A stretch of 46,365 nt of DNA from Chloroflexota bacterium (GTDB lineage: Bacteria > Chloroflexota > Anaerolineae > Aggregatilineales > J027). A program made the translations under genes and the position numbers. The notes under the pieces were generated by a model. The model had not been told where the DNA came from, did no database searches, and saw nothing but the letters and a program-made list of their open reading frames with translations. The DNA lies in contig JAKEEQ010000204.1 in the NCBI GenBank assembly GCA_022616515.1, positions 1 to 46,365 on the forward strand, in the 5' to 3' direction. Of the stretch, positions 9,521 to 19,127 are shown in pieces. How positions within the stretch are numbered: position 1 is the stretch's first letter; every line of letters starts with the position of its first letter.

Positions 9521-10657
9521 ATGAACGGACAGCATTTTCTTAACAATGCAGTATTATTTGTCCAATCGCTCCGGCAGGCAGGTTTGCCTGTATCGCAAGA
9601 GCAAACAATGGATTTTGTACAGGCGTTGACATATATTGACATCGGTGACCATCAGCAGTTTTATTTTGCGGCACGGTGTATGCTATTGAGCAATCACGAA
9701 CATCTTCGGCTATTTGATACGATTTTTAATCGCTTCTGGGATATAATGCCTGCTCCTCACGGTCAGGGTCAAAAAGCACCTCGCGCTCCACGCCATCTGC
9801 CGGAACAGAAACCCTACTTGTTCACCTACATGGCAACCAGAGCACAAGACTCGGACCCGGAACTAGAAGTTGTCGACAAATCAGGAACTTTCAGCCCGGC
9901 AGAAGTCTTGCAAGCGAAAGATTTCTCGCACATGACTTCAGAGGAATTGAATGCTGTTAAACGCTTGATTCAAGACATGCATTGGAAAGCCAGCTTCCGC
10001 CGGACTCGACGCCGAGTTGCAACACCTAAAGGCGATATGTTGCATATGCGGCGTGTGATGGCGTCTGCTGTGCGCTATGGTGGTGTGCCCCTTCGATTAT
10101 CCTGGCAGAGCCGCAAAATCAAGCCGCGCCCGATTGTATTACTGGCTGACATCAGTGGTTCAATGGAAAAATATTCCCGCATAATGCTGCAATTTCTCTA
10201 CAGTGTATCGCACAGTCTCAACACCGTTGAGTGCTTTGTGTTTGGGACACGCCTTACACGAATTACGCCCCAACTGAAGATCAAAAACATCGACCGAGCA
10301 ATTGAGGAAGCCGCTCACACGGTTATTGATTGGTCCGGAGGTACGCGTATCGGCGAGAGTTTACATCTATTCAATCGCAGGTGGAGTCATCGGGTACTTG
10401 GACGAGGCGCAATCGTCATTATCGTGAGTGATGGATGGGAACGCGGTGATGTTAATCAGTTGAAGAACGAAATGCGCTATTTGCAGCTTCGGTGTCATCG
10501 TCTGATATGGCTTAATCCGCTTCTTGGCAATAATGAATATGAACCACTTGTCGAGGGTATGGCCGCAGCACTATCTTATGTTGACGATTTTTTGCCCTGT
10601 CATAATTTGCAGAGCATTGAAGCATTTGGTAAACAATTGGCTCAAATCGACGCCTAA
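9521..10657 (+). CDS. coxE: CoxE, VWA-domain protein
   Basis: MIDAS LLADISGSME, FVFGTRLTRIT, WSGGTRIGESL, IVSDGWERGD, LIWLNPLLG. Confidence 0.9.
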   Translation: MNGQHFLNNAVLFVQSLRQAGLPVSQEQTMDFVQALTYIDIGDHQQFYFAARCMLLSNHEHLRLFDTIFNRFWDIMPAPHGQGQKAPRAPRHLPEQKPYLFTYMATRAQDSDPELEVVDKSGTFSPAEVLQAKDFSHMTSEELNAVKRLIQDMHWKASFRRTRRRVATPKGDMLHMRRVMASAVRYGGVPLRLSWQSRKIKPRPIVLLADISGSMEKYSRIMLQFLYSVSHSLNTVECFVFGTRLTRITPQLKIKNIDRAIEEAAHTVIDWSGGTRIGESLHLFNRRWSHRVLGRGAIVIIVSDGWERGDVNQLKNEMRYLQLRCHRLIWLNPLLGNNEYEPLVEGMAAALSYVDDFLPCHNLQSIEAFGKQLAQIDA

Positions 10658-10984
10658 GTTGGTATGAATTTGCTTCAAGTCAGACTCATAAGGATGACTA
10701 ATGTAGAAAGGCATTCTGTCAGGCACATCGATGGTGCCATCAACAAATATTCAACGGTTTACACATGCTTCAGGAAAAAGTGGCAATGGGTTGGGGCTAC
10801 TATTGTTCGATTTATTGACATGAATGAACCATCTCAAGGCATAGCGGCGTTGTCTATAGTAAACAGATCAAAAAGTTTATCGATGATAATGGTGCTTAAT
10901 TCATATTGGGAATAAAGGAGGTCTCTATCAATACATTTAGCAAATAGTGCCTTGCAAAATATATGTTGGAGGAAGGAAAAATAA

Positions 10985-11848
10985 ATGATAACGGGTCAAT
11001 TTACATATTTTGCCCCTACAACGATTGAAGAAGCAATCCAATTACTAGATGAACACGGATTTGAGGCAAAGATTCTTGCTGGTGGGCAAAGCCTGATTCC
11101 AGCGATGCGTTTTCGTTTGTCGCAACCGGGGGTCATCATTGACATAAACGGTATTGATGGCTTATCTGGCATTCGCGAAGAAGATGGCAATCTGGTTATA
11201 GGCGCTCTGACTCGTGAATCCATGCTTGAAGGCTCCCATTTGGTGCAATCACGTTATCCATTGCTGGCCGATGCGGCCACCGTTATTGCCGACCCGGTTG
11301 TTCGCAATATGGCAACTGTCGGCGGAAATATCGCCCATGCCGATCCCGCAAACGACCATCCAGCGGTGATGTTAGCCTATAACGCAGAGGTAACCGCTGT
11401 TGGTCCCAATGGCGCACGCACAATCGCTATTGATGACTTCTTTGTGGATTTCTTCGAGAATGCGATGGAAGACAATGAAATTCTCACGGAAATTCGCATC
11501 CCTACACCAGCCTCAAATTCAGGCGGTGCCTACATTAAATTGGAACGGAAGGTCGGCGACTATGCGATCTCAGCAGTCGCTGTTCAGTTGACAATGAATG
11601 GCGATACATGCATTGCTGCCCGAATTGCACTCACCAACGTCAACCCTGTCCCCATGCGTGCCGAAAATGCTGAACGTGCTCTGGTTGGCATGACAGTTAC
11701 CGACGACGTGATTGAAACTGTGGGTGAAGAAGCTGGTGCGGAATGTGACCCATCGCCTGACCTGCGTGGAAGTATTGATTACAAACGCGACATCACTCGC
11801 GTTCTTACAAAACGTGCCATTAATCTGGCAATAGAGCGTGCGCACTAA
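10985..11848 (+). CDS. coxM: Aerobic CO dehydrogenase medium (FAD) subunit
   Basis: [46 protein letters not shown]. Confidence 0.93.
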   Translation: MITGQFTYFAPTTIEEAIQLLDEHGFEAKILAGGQSLIPAMRFRLSQPGVIIDINGIDGLSGIREEDGNLVIGALTRESMLEGSHLVQSRYPLLADAATVIADPVVRNMATVGGNIAHADPANDHPAVMLAYNAEVTAVGPNGARTIAIDDFFVDFFENAMEDNEILTEIRIPTPASNSGGAYIKLERKVGDYAISAVAVQLTMNGDTCIAARIALTNVNPVPMRAENAERALVGMTVTDDVIETVGEEAGAECDPSPDLRGSIDYKRDITRVLTKRAINLAIERAH

Positions 11849-11856
11849 AGGAGTTT

Positions 11857-12351
11857 ATGATGAGTAAACATACCGTGACGATGACTGTGAATGGAACAAA
11901 ATACACCCGCGAGATTGAATCGCGCTTACTGCTAGTACATTTTATACGTGAAGATTTGGAACTGACCGGGACACATATCGGTTGTGATACGACAAATTGT
12001 GGCGCTTGTACGGTGTTGATGGATGGCTTTACTGTCAAAAGTTGTACTGTTTTTGCCATGACAGCCAACGGGAAATCCATTGAGACGATAGAGGGTGTAG
12101 CACAAAATGGTGCTCTCCATCCACTACAAGAAGGGTTCTGGGAAAAGCATGGTCTCCAGTGTGGCTATTGCACACCCGGCATGATTATGAGTGCCAAACA
12201 TCTGCTGAGCAATAATCCCAATCCCACTGAGGACGAAATTCGTTGGGGGCTTTCTGGTAATTTATGTCGCTGCACCGGGTACAACAAAATTGTTGAAGCT
12301 GTCCAATATGCTGCCGAGAAGATGAGCGCTGAACAGGAGCAAGACGCATGA
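11857..12351 (+). CDS. coxS: Aerobic CO dehydrogenase small (2x[2Fe-2S]) subunit
   Basis: [12 protein letters not shown]...KSC and QCGYCTPG...NLCRCTGY. Confidence 0.95.
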   Translation: MMSKHTVTMTVNGTKYTREIESRLLLVHFIREDLELTGTHIGCDTTNCGACTVLMDGFTVKSCTVFAMTANGKSIETIEGVAQNGALHPLQEGFWEKHGLQCGYCTPGMIMSAKHLLSNNPNPTEDEIRWGLSGNLCRCTGYNKIVEAVQYAAEKMSAEQEQDA

Positions 12352-14804
12352 CCTACCATGATCCTGGCAAACCCAAGCAAATTGATGACCGAAACGAATA
12401 TCATTCTGAGAAACCAGAAGGTGTATCTTCACAGGTTGAAACAACAGAAGAAATTCGTGTAACTACCCCGCCTGAAATATCAGGCATGGGACATCGCATG
12501 AAGCGAAAAGAAGATCCGCGCTTCTTGCAGGGCAAAGGCAACTATATCGATGATATAAAGCTGCCGGGAATGCTTTACATGGACATCGTACGCAGTCCTT
12601 ATGCCCACGCCAAAATCCTCAACATTGATGCCAGTGCTGCTCTGGAGTTGGACGGTGTACTGGCGGTTATCACAGGCAAAGACCTTGAAGCGCATAACTT
12701 GCATTGGATGCCCACATTTCAATCTGATACGCAGATGGTTCTGCCAACCGATAAAGTCATTTACTATGCTCAGGAAGTTTGTGCTGTTATTGCAACTTCC
12801 CGTTATATTGCTGCCGACGCAGTTGAGTTAGTTCAAGTCGAATATGAACCGCTTGAGCCTGTTATAGATCCTTTTGAAGCTCTGGAAGACAGGGTTATCG
12901 TTCGGGAAGATAAAGAGGTAAAAACCAACCGGACATGGCACTGGGAAACCGGAGATAAGGATGCTACCGACAAGGTCTTTAGAGAAGCAGCACATGTTGT
13001 AAAACAATACATGTATCTACCACGCATTCATGTTGCTTCGATTGAAACCTGTGGCATGGTGGCTAACTATAATTCTTCAACTGGTAAAATGCAGCTCTAT
13101 ATGACCAGCCAGGCTCCACATGCAGTTCGAACGGTGTTTGCGCTGGTCAGTGGACTTCCTGAACAGAAAATACAGGTAATTTCGCCAGATATTGGCGGTG
13201 GCTTTGGTGGTAAAGTACCCGTCTATCCTGGTTATGTAGTATGTGCAGTAGCCAGCTTGCTGATTGGTAAGCCAGTGAAATGGATTGAGGACCGCAGTGA
13301 GAATTTACAGGCTGATTCATTTGCCCGTGATTATCATATCAACGCAGAATTGGCTGCCGATGCAGATGGTAAGATAGTCGGCCTGCGTGTGGATACGCTG
13401 GCGGATAATGGCTGCACGGATGGTCAGGCCAGCTCATCGAAATTCCCGGCAGGCTTGTACAGCATCTGTACAGGTGCCTATGACTTAAAGGCTGCCCATG
13501 TTAGTGTCGATTCGGTTTACACAACCAAGCCAACAGGCGGTGTTGCATATCGCTGTTCCTTCCGTGTAACTGAAGCTGTTCACATGATTGAGCGTATGAC
13601 CGACATATTGGCCCATGACCTTGGTATCGACCCTGCTGAGTATCGCTTGAAGAACTTCATCCGGCCTGATCAGTTCCCATATAGATCTCCGACTGGATGG
13701 GAATACGATAGTGGCAATTATGAAGCGGCACTCAAAAAAGCAATGGATATGATTGGCTACGATGACTTGCGCGGAGAACAAGCTGAAAAGCGTGAGCGCG
13801 GCGAATTGATGGGGATCGGCATTTCCAGTTTCGTTGAAGTTGTAGGTGCAGGCCCATCAAAGGACTTCGATATTCTTGGAATCAAGATGTTCGATTCAGC
13901 AGAAATTCGCATCCATCCAACAGGTAAGGCACTGGCACGCTTCGGCACAAAGTCTCAAGGGCAGGGGCATGAAACGACCTATGCGCAAATCATCGCGGAG
14001 GAACTCGGACTGCCTGCTGCCGACATCGAAATTGAAGAAGGCGATACGGATACTGCGCCATACGGCCTCGGCACATATGCCAGCCGTTCGACACCGACAG
14101 CGGGAGCTGCTGCTGTAATGGCTGCCCGTAAAATTAAGGCAAAAGCGAAAAAGATTGCTGCTCATCTGTTAGAAGTCAATGAAGATGACCTGGAATGGGA
14201 TGTTAATAAATGGCAGGTGAAGGGATCACCCGAACAGGCCAAGACCATTCAAGATATTGCATTTGCAGCTTATACCAATCATCCAGATGACGTTGAAGCT
14301 GGTCTGGAAGCCACCGATTATTACAACCCACCCAATCTGACATTCCCCTTTGGCAGTTATATTGCTGTTGTGGACATCGACAAAGGTACGGGGGTGGTAA
14401 AAGTGCGCCGCTTTGTTGCTATTGATGATTGTGGCAATATCATCAATCCATTAGTAGTCGAAGGACAGATACATGGTGGGTTGACGCAAGGTCTGGCCCC
14501 GGCTCTATACGAAGAAATCGTCTATGATGAGAATGGAACTTGCCTGACAGGAACACTGGCCGACTATCTGTTGCCCACTGCTGTAGAGTCTCCAAAATGG
14601 GAAACTGGACACACGATTACGCCATCACCCCACCACCCAATCGGTGCAAAAGGTGTTGGAGAATCACCAACTGTGGGTGCACCGCCTGCGATTGCCAATG
14701 CAGTGGTTGATGCTATGTGGCATCTTGGGGTGCGTCATATTGATATTCCGATTACGCCCGAAAAGGTCTGGAAGGCCCTCCGTGAGGCAGGAGTACAGGA
14801 CTAG
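12348..14804 (+). CDS. coxL: Aerobic CO dehydrogenase large (MoCu) subunit, form I
   Basis: Form I active-site motif AYRCSFR ([14 protein letters not shown]), [30 protein letters not shown]; ATGA overlap with coxS. Confidence 0.96.
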   Translation: MTYHDPGKPKQIDDRNEYHSEKPEGVSSQVETTEEIRVTTPPEISGMGHRMKRKEDPRFLQGKGNYIDDIKLPGMLYMDIVRSPYAHAKILNIDASAALELDGVLAVITGKDLEAHNLHWMPTFQSDTQMVLPTDKVIYYAQEVCAVIATSRYIAADAVELVQVEYEPLEPVIDPFEALEDRVIVREDKEVKTNRTWHWETGDKDATDKVFREAAHVVKQYMYLPRIHVASIETCGMVANYNSSTGKMQLYMTSQAPHAVRTVFALVSGLPEQKIQVISPDIGGGFGGKVPVYPGYVVCAVASLLIGKPVKWIEDRSENLQADSFARDYHINAELAADADGKIVGLRVDTLADNGCTDGQASSSKFPAGLYSICTGAYDLKAAHVSVDSVYTTKPTGGVAYRCSFRVTEAVHMIERMTDILAHDLGIDPAEYRLKNFIRPDQFPYRSPTGWEYDSGNYEAALKKAMDMIGYDDLRGEQAEKRERGELMGIGISSFVEVVGAGPSKDFDILGIKMFDSAEIRIHPTGKALARFGTKSQGQGHETTYAQIIAEELGLPAADIEIEEGDTDTAPYGLGTYASRSTPTAGAAAVMAARKIKAKAKKIAAHLLEVNEDDLEWDVNKWQVKGSPEQAKTIQDIAFAAYTNHPDDVEAGLEATDYYNPPNLTFPFGSYIAVVDIDKGTGVVKVRRFVAIDDCGNIINPLVVEGQIHGGLTQGLAPALYEEIVYDENGTCLTGTLADYLLPTAVESPKWETGHTITPSPHHPIGAKGVGESPTVGAPPAIANAVVDAMWHLGVRHIDIPITPEKVWKALREAGVQD

Positions 14805-14834
14805 TCGAGTCAAACTAACATCTAAATGGGTAGC

Positions 14835-14862
14835 TAGGGGAGGGTTTCAGACGCTCCCCTAC
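14835..14862 (-). repeat. GTAG-type REP-like hairpin between coxL and the XdhC gene
   Basis: Minus strand GTAGGGGAGCGTCTGAAACCCTCCCCTA; arms TAGGGGAG/CTCCCCTA. Confidence 0.6.
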
Positions 14863-14891
14863 AACAAACTAACTTATTCCGAGGTGGGATC

Positions 14892-16058
14892 ATGTTTGAT
14901 GAATTGTCTGGCAAGGCACAGGAACTTCACGAAAAGGGCATCCCTTTTGCCACCGCTACGGTTGTCAGGGCGGAAAAACCAACCTCAGGTAGGCCCGGTG
15001 ATAAAGCGATTATCACTGCCGACGGCAAACTGTACGGGTGGGTTGGGGGAAGTTGTGCCCAACCCACCGTAATTAGTGAAGCAAAAACAGCAATGCGCGA
15101 GGCAAAAAGCCGTTTTATACGTTTATCGAATGAAAACGACCCCGCTGCCAATAGGGATGGCCTGATTGTTTTTCCTATGACCTGTTACAGCGAGGGCGCA
15201 CTGGAAATCTTTATTGAGCCGCATTTACCACAGCCCCAATTGCTTGTCATTGGTACCATGCCTGTCGCTCGTGCGCTTATGCACATCGGACAGGTGATGC
15301 AATATCGCGTTATTGCCATAGATCCAGAAAATACTGGTATTCCACTACCCCATGCCAGGACAGTACTTGATAATCTGGGGGCAGTACTTGAAACAGTACG
15401 CCCGGAAACCTACGTTGTAGTGGCATCTCATGGCAATTACGACGAAGCTGCTCTGGAACACGTGCTGCAAACCAAACCTCAATATGTCGGTCTGGTGGCA
15501 AGCCGAAAACGCTTTGAGACGGTAGTTGAGTATCTTAGATCTCAGGGATTGACCGATACTGAACTGAAACCATTGAAAGCCCCTGCCGGACTTGATATTG
15601 GTGCACAGGATGCTGATGAGATTGCGATAAGCATCATAGCTGAAATCGTAGAGCACAGACGGCGCGTTGCGAAATCAATCGATTGGGAGAGCTATCTTGC
15701 AGCCGCTGCTGAAGAAGCGAGCACGACTGATTCAGAGGCCCAACCTTCTGATACGGTCATAGACCCGGTATGTGGTATGGAAGTGAAAAAGTCCACAGCT
15801 AAAGCCAGTTATGAATATGAAGGTGAGCTGTATTATTTCTGTTGTAATGGTTGTAAGCTAACGTTTTCCAAAAACCCGGAACAATTCGTACACAAGACTC
15901 CAACCATGGCGATAGATCCCGTTTGTCATATGGAGGTCGAAATTGCAGTCGCACACTATAAATCTGATTATGAAGGGCAAACATACTACTTCTGTTGTGC
16001 CGGGTGTAAGTCCAGTTTTGATAAAGCCCCGGAGGTCTACGTTACTGTGGGAGCATGA
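14892..16058 (+). CDS. XdhC/CoxF-CoxI family Mo-enzyme maturation protein fused to two C-terminal YHS domains
   Basis: GWVGGSCAQP, PMTCYSEGALEIFIEP, LKAPAGLDIGA..EIAISIIAEI, then two DPVC.MEV...YEG..YYFCC.GCK..F...PE.[FY] units (about 15759-15890 and 15912-16043). Confidence 0.88.
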   Translation: MFDELSGKAQELHEKGIPFATATVVRAEKPTSGRPGDKAIITADGKLYGWVGGSCAQPTVISEAKTAMREAKSRFIRLSNENDPAANRDGLIVFPMTCYSEGALEIFIEPHLPQPQLLVIGTMPVARALMHIGQVMQYRVIAIDPENTGIPLPHARTVLDNLGAVLETVRPETYVVVASHGNYDEAALEHVLQTKPQYVGLVASRKRFETVVEYLRSQGLTDTELKPLKAPAGLDIGAQDADEIAISIIAEIVEHRRRVAKSIDWESYLAAAAEEASTTDSEAQPSDTVIDPVCGMEVKKSTAKASYEYEGELYYFCCNGCKLTFSKNPEQFVHKTPTMAIDPVCHMEVEIAVAHYKSDYEGQTYYFCCAGCKSSFDKAPEVYVTVGA

Positions 16059-16464
16059 CTGAACCTGAAATCAGTGCTTCATTGGGGAAATTTCCCGGTG
16101 GTGAACTAAATATCTTACCACAAAAGTTCGAAATAAGGTTATTGACGGCGTAAAATCACGCAGTGCTCAAAAATGGTGAGTGAGACTCCAACCTCAGGCG
16201 CAGCTTAACCGACTCATGCTGTGCAGTCTCAAGCTTATTACTGCCGTGCAACGCAACATGACCCAACGCTTGTTGAGCCTCTCCAAGTAAATTCGCTGCA
16301 TAAAGGGCAAGAGCTTCCCCTGGCCCATTCTGGCAAAAGAGGGACTAGTGGGCAGTGAGGTGATCGCAAAGGCTGAACCATTACTGGTGCATGAAAATAT
16401 TGATCATGCCGATGCGATCTCGCGTAGCAACTTGCAGGCGGTTGATTATGGGCCAATTGCCTCG

Positions 16465-16843
16465 GAAGTGTTCAATACCAAACTTTTTACACCCACACAA
16501 ACGGCCTACGTATTGGCGCTTCATTTTGATTTGCTTCCCCAAGAACTGCGCCAGATTGCCGTTGAGGAACTGGTGGCCGATATTGAGCGGCGTGATATGC
16601 ACCTGTCAACTGGCTTTGTTGGTGCTCCGTATCTTCCACACGTCTTGAGCAAGTACGGACGGCTGGACGTTGCCTGTGCCCTGCTTCATCAAACAAGCTG
16701 GCCTTCATGGTTGTACCCGGTAACGCAGGGGCGACAACAATCTGGGAACGCTGGGGTGGCTGGACACAGGAACATGGCTATATAAAACTGTGGCAGGGAT
16801 TGAGATTGATCCTGAGCAGCCCGGTTACAAACATTTCAGACTT
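16465..16843 (+). pseudogene. Internal remnant of a GH78 alpha-L-rhamnosidase gene
   Basis: TQTAYVLALHFDLL, HLSTGFVGAPYL, WPSWLYPVTQG, then a frameshift at the G-run 16728-16731 into ATTIWERW, then an apparent deletion joining to VAGIEIDPEQPGYKHF. Confidence 0.8.
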
Positions 16844-16847
16844 TATG

Positions 16848-16970
16848 GGCTGGCAGTGGCAGACCTGCAAACCTATCGCCTGCGACAAATAATCCCGGTC
16901 GGGCACATGCCCTATGGGGTTGTAGTGGATAATCGGCGGGTGTATGTCAGCAGTTTTGGCTCGGACTCGT
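16848..16970 (+). pseudogene. Fragment resembling one YVTN/YncE beta-propeller blade
   Basis: LAVADLQTYRLRQIIPVGHMPYGVVVDNRRVYVSSFGSDS, fused in frame to the GH78 scrap. Confidence 0.45.
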
Positions 16971-17053
16971 TTCTGCCGGGTTCCGTAACACCATTTCCTG
17001 ATGCAGTTTTCCGAATTATCCGGGTAATCTTGCAATTGACCACATGTTGGCGG

Positions 17054-17128
17054 TGGCGGACACAGCAGTGCTGTGTCCCTACGGGAAATCGCGGTGTTTC
17101 GTAGGGACGCCCCGTTGGGCGTCCGCCA
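17054..17128. repeat. Inverted doublet of GTAG-type REP elements (BIME/REPIN-like)
   Basis: REP1 on minus strand GTAG-GGACACAGCA-C-TGCTGTGTCC (17058-17082); REP2 on plus strand GTAG-GGACGCCC-CGTT-GGGCGTCC (17101-17124); outer ends TGGCGGAC/GTCCGCCA are complementary. Confidence 0.75.
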
Positions 17129-17333
17129 GCTATCGCACCATTACCCAGTTATTTTGTCAAGTTGCATAAGGGAAATTTTATCTGGTACGGTCGGAAGATG
17201 GCGCATTTCTGGCCCTATCTCGTCAATGCACTCATCTGGCATGTACCGTGCTGTGGCAGGGCAAAACCTTCCGCTGTCCATGTCATGAGTCCGAGTTTGA
17301 AAGAACCGGTAATGTGATTAACTCACCCGCCTC

Positions 17334-17580
17334 TCAGGCACTTTGGCGCTCATACTGCACTTCTCCGCCACAATGCACACACGGCATCGTCGGTGCATGG
17401 TAACGCGGCGTTAACCACATGGAGCAAAACGTTGCCCACCACCTCCAAGATTTGTCGTAATCGCTGTTCCATTTCACGCAGACTACTCACTTGCTCAACT
17501 ACGGTATGCTTATTCATAGATGATGCCTTTTGGGGCTATTGGTTCGCTACTTACAGCTTAAAAGGTGTCATCTTTTTTTG
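17334..17580 (-). mobile_element. Degenerate IS left end with frameshifted transposase N-terminus (tentatively ISKra4-like)
   Basis: ATG at 17517 reads MNKHTVVEQVSSLREMEQRLRQILEVVGNVLL, then in a shifted frame MWLTPRYHAPTMPCVHCGGEVQYERQ (CxxC). An inverted repeat (17518-17531/17560-17573) covers the RBS region. Family call is from recalled similarity only. Confidence 0.5.
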
Positions 17581-17614
17581 CTAATGACAACTCGTTCGTA
17601 GTCCCGGTTGATAC

Positions 17615-18499
17615 TTAATCCATCATCCACTCCACCACATCAGATTTAGCGACAGATGCGACCGCCATCACGTGATCTCCACCACCGTAGTAAACGTGAT
17701 ACTGTCCATCAAACTCAATGTTGCCGCAGGCGAAACATACATTGGGTACATCGCCCCAGTGTTCCCACGGTGTGGCGGGGCACAAGATTGCCTCATCCTG
17801 CCGCTTGATGACTTTGCCCGGGTCTTCAAGGTCGAGCAGTGCGACACCCAAACAATAGATCCGGTCCTCATTGAAACCGTGATAGAACACGAGCCAGCCG
17901 TATTCGGTATATAACGGAGGTCCACCCGCTCCAATGCGTTCACAGTCCCATAGTCCGGGTCGTGGCTTCATAATGATCTGGTGGTCGGTCCAGTGAATGA
18001 GATCATCCGAATAGGCAATCCACATATCGGGCATACGACGATGGAACATGCAGTAACGCCCGTTGATTTTATGGGGAAAGAGGGCGGCATCCTTGTTATC
18101 TTCATCGGGAAGAACGATACCCATGCGCTCCCACTCGATTAAATTCGTGCTCCTCGCCATCGAAACGCGCACACCGTGTGGCGAGTAGGCGGTATAGAGC
18201 ATGTAGAAAACGCCATCTATTTCCGTGATGCGAGGATCCTCAACACCGAACGACTCAAAGTCATTGGTTGGTTCGAGGACAGGTTGCTCCAGACGATTAA
18301 AATGATAGCCATCCGTGCTGATGGCACAGCCAATGCGCGAAATACGATCTAGTCCTTGAGCACGATAATGCATGTAAACGAGATCGTTATAGGCAACAAC
18401 GGCGGCATTGAACACATTATCGGTTTCCCAGGCATTATGCGTGGATGGGACAAGGATAGGATTGCCCGGATAGCGATGTAGTTTAAGCGTCATTAGCAA
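17615..18499 (-). CDS. GH130 beta-mannoside phosphorylase (resembles the beta-1,2-mannoside phosphorylase group)
   Basis: GNPIL, VFNAAV, HYRAQG..RISRIG, GVEDPRIT, NKDAALFP, FHRRMPD, FYHG, VPNVCF, YYGGGD. Confidence 0.88.
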   Translation of the reverse strand: MLMTLKLHRYPGNPILVPSTHNAWETDNVFNAAVVAYNDLVYMHYRAQGLDRISRIGCAISTDGYHFNRLEQPVLEPTNDFESFGVEDPRITEIDGVFYMLYTAYSPHGVRVSMARSTNLIEWERMGIVLPDEDNKDAALFPHKINGRYCMFHRRMPDMWIAYSDDLIHWTDHQIIMKPRPGLWDCERIGAGGPPLYTEYGWLVFYHGFNEDRIYCLGVALLDLEDPGKVIKRQDEAILCPATPWEHWGDVPNVCFACGNIEFDGQYHVYYGGGDHVMAVASVAKSDVVEWMMD

Positions 18500-19127
18500 T
18501 GCTCCAATCTTCAGGAAGTTTATTAAAGGTAGTCAGACGCTCGACAACCGCATGATTGCCGAGCATGGCAAGGAAACTAAATGTGAAGACAGCCAGTGGT
18601 AGCAGCATCATGATGCTCAGTGAAACCACGATGCCGCCCACGAGCAAGAGAACAAGGTTATACAGTGGCGAGGCTAAACTCAGAAACAATGCGTTTTTCA
18701 TAGCGATTCGCATCTTCTTCTGCTCTTGAACCATCAAGACCGGCCAGATATAGAACTGCATAGTTACCCACAGAAGTCCTAATGCACTGACAAAAAACAA
18801 AAGTGTATTTGCCAGTGCTCCGGCGGCAATCTGTCCGTAGAAATATACGTTCACGAATAACACAACCAGTACCACAATATTGACAAGTGCCCATTGGATA
18901 CTTAACCACCAGTATTCACGCGCACCATCCAGAAAAGTGTCCAGTCGTTGACCTTTGCCACGTACGAGGCTGTTCGTGGTGCTGTAGAGGCCAGCCGTCG
19001 CAGGTGGCAGTAAGATGATGGTGAGGCTTGCAGCCAACCAGAGGGCGTTCGTAACTGCCAGCCCGACAAAACTATTCCAGCAGTCAGCAGCAGTCCGGCG
19101 AATAACCTCAAACGCAGCCTGCATCAA
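18483..19127 (-). CDS. DUF624/YesL-family membrane protein
   Basis: NALWLAASLTIILLPPATAGLY motif, about 4-5 TM helices; sugar-ABC context. Confidence 0.75.
   Translation of the reverse strand: MMQAAFEVIRRTAADCWNSFVGLAVTNALWLAASLTIILLPPATAGLYSTTNSLVRGKGQRLDTFLDGAREYWWLSIQWALVNIVVLVVLFVNVYFYGQIAAGALANTLLFFVSALGLLWVTMQFYIWPVLMVQEQKKMRIAMKNALFLSLASPLYNLVLLLVGGIVVSLSIMMLLPLAVFTFSFLAMLGNHAVVERLTTFNKLPEDWSIANDA

Noticed and set aside
10659-10674. Sigma54-like TTGGTAT...TTGCT after coxE
   Set aside because: GG-to-GC spacing is 9 nt, not the required 10.
10664-10915. 83-aa ORF between coxE and coxM as a possible coxG
   Set aside because: No SRPBCC/CoxG-like pattern; AT-rich; more likely promoter DNA.
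16085-16096. Perfect palindrome GGGAAATTTCCC
   Set aside because: Low-complexity 12-mer with no supporting promoter context.
16348-17104. ORFs 16348-16785, 16707-16892 and 16790-17104 as real genes
   Set aside because: They are frameshifted or chimeric pieces of GH78 and other remnants.
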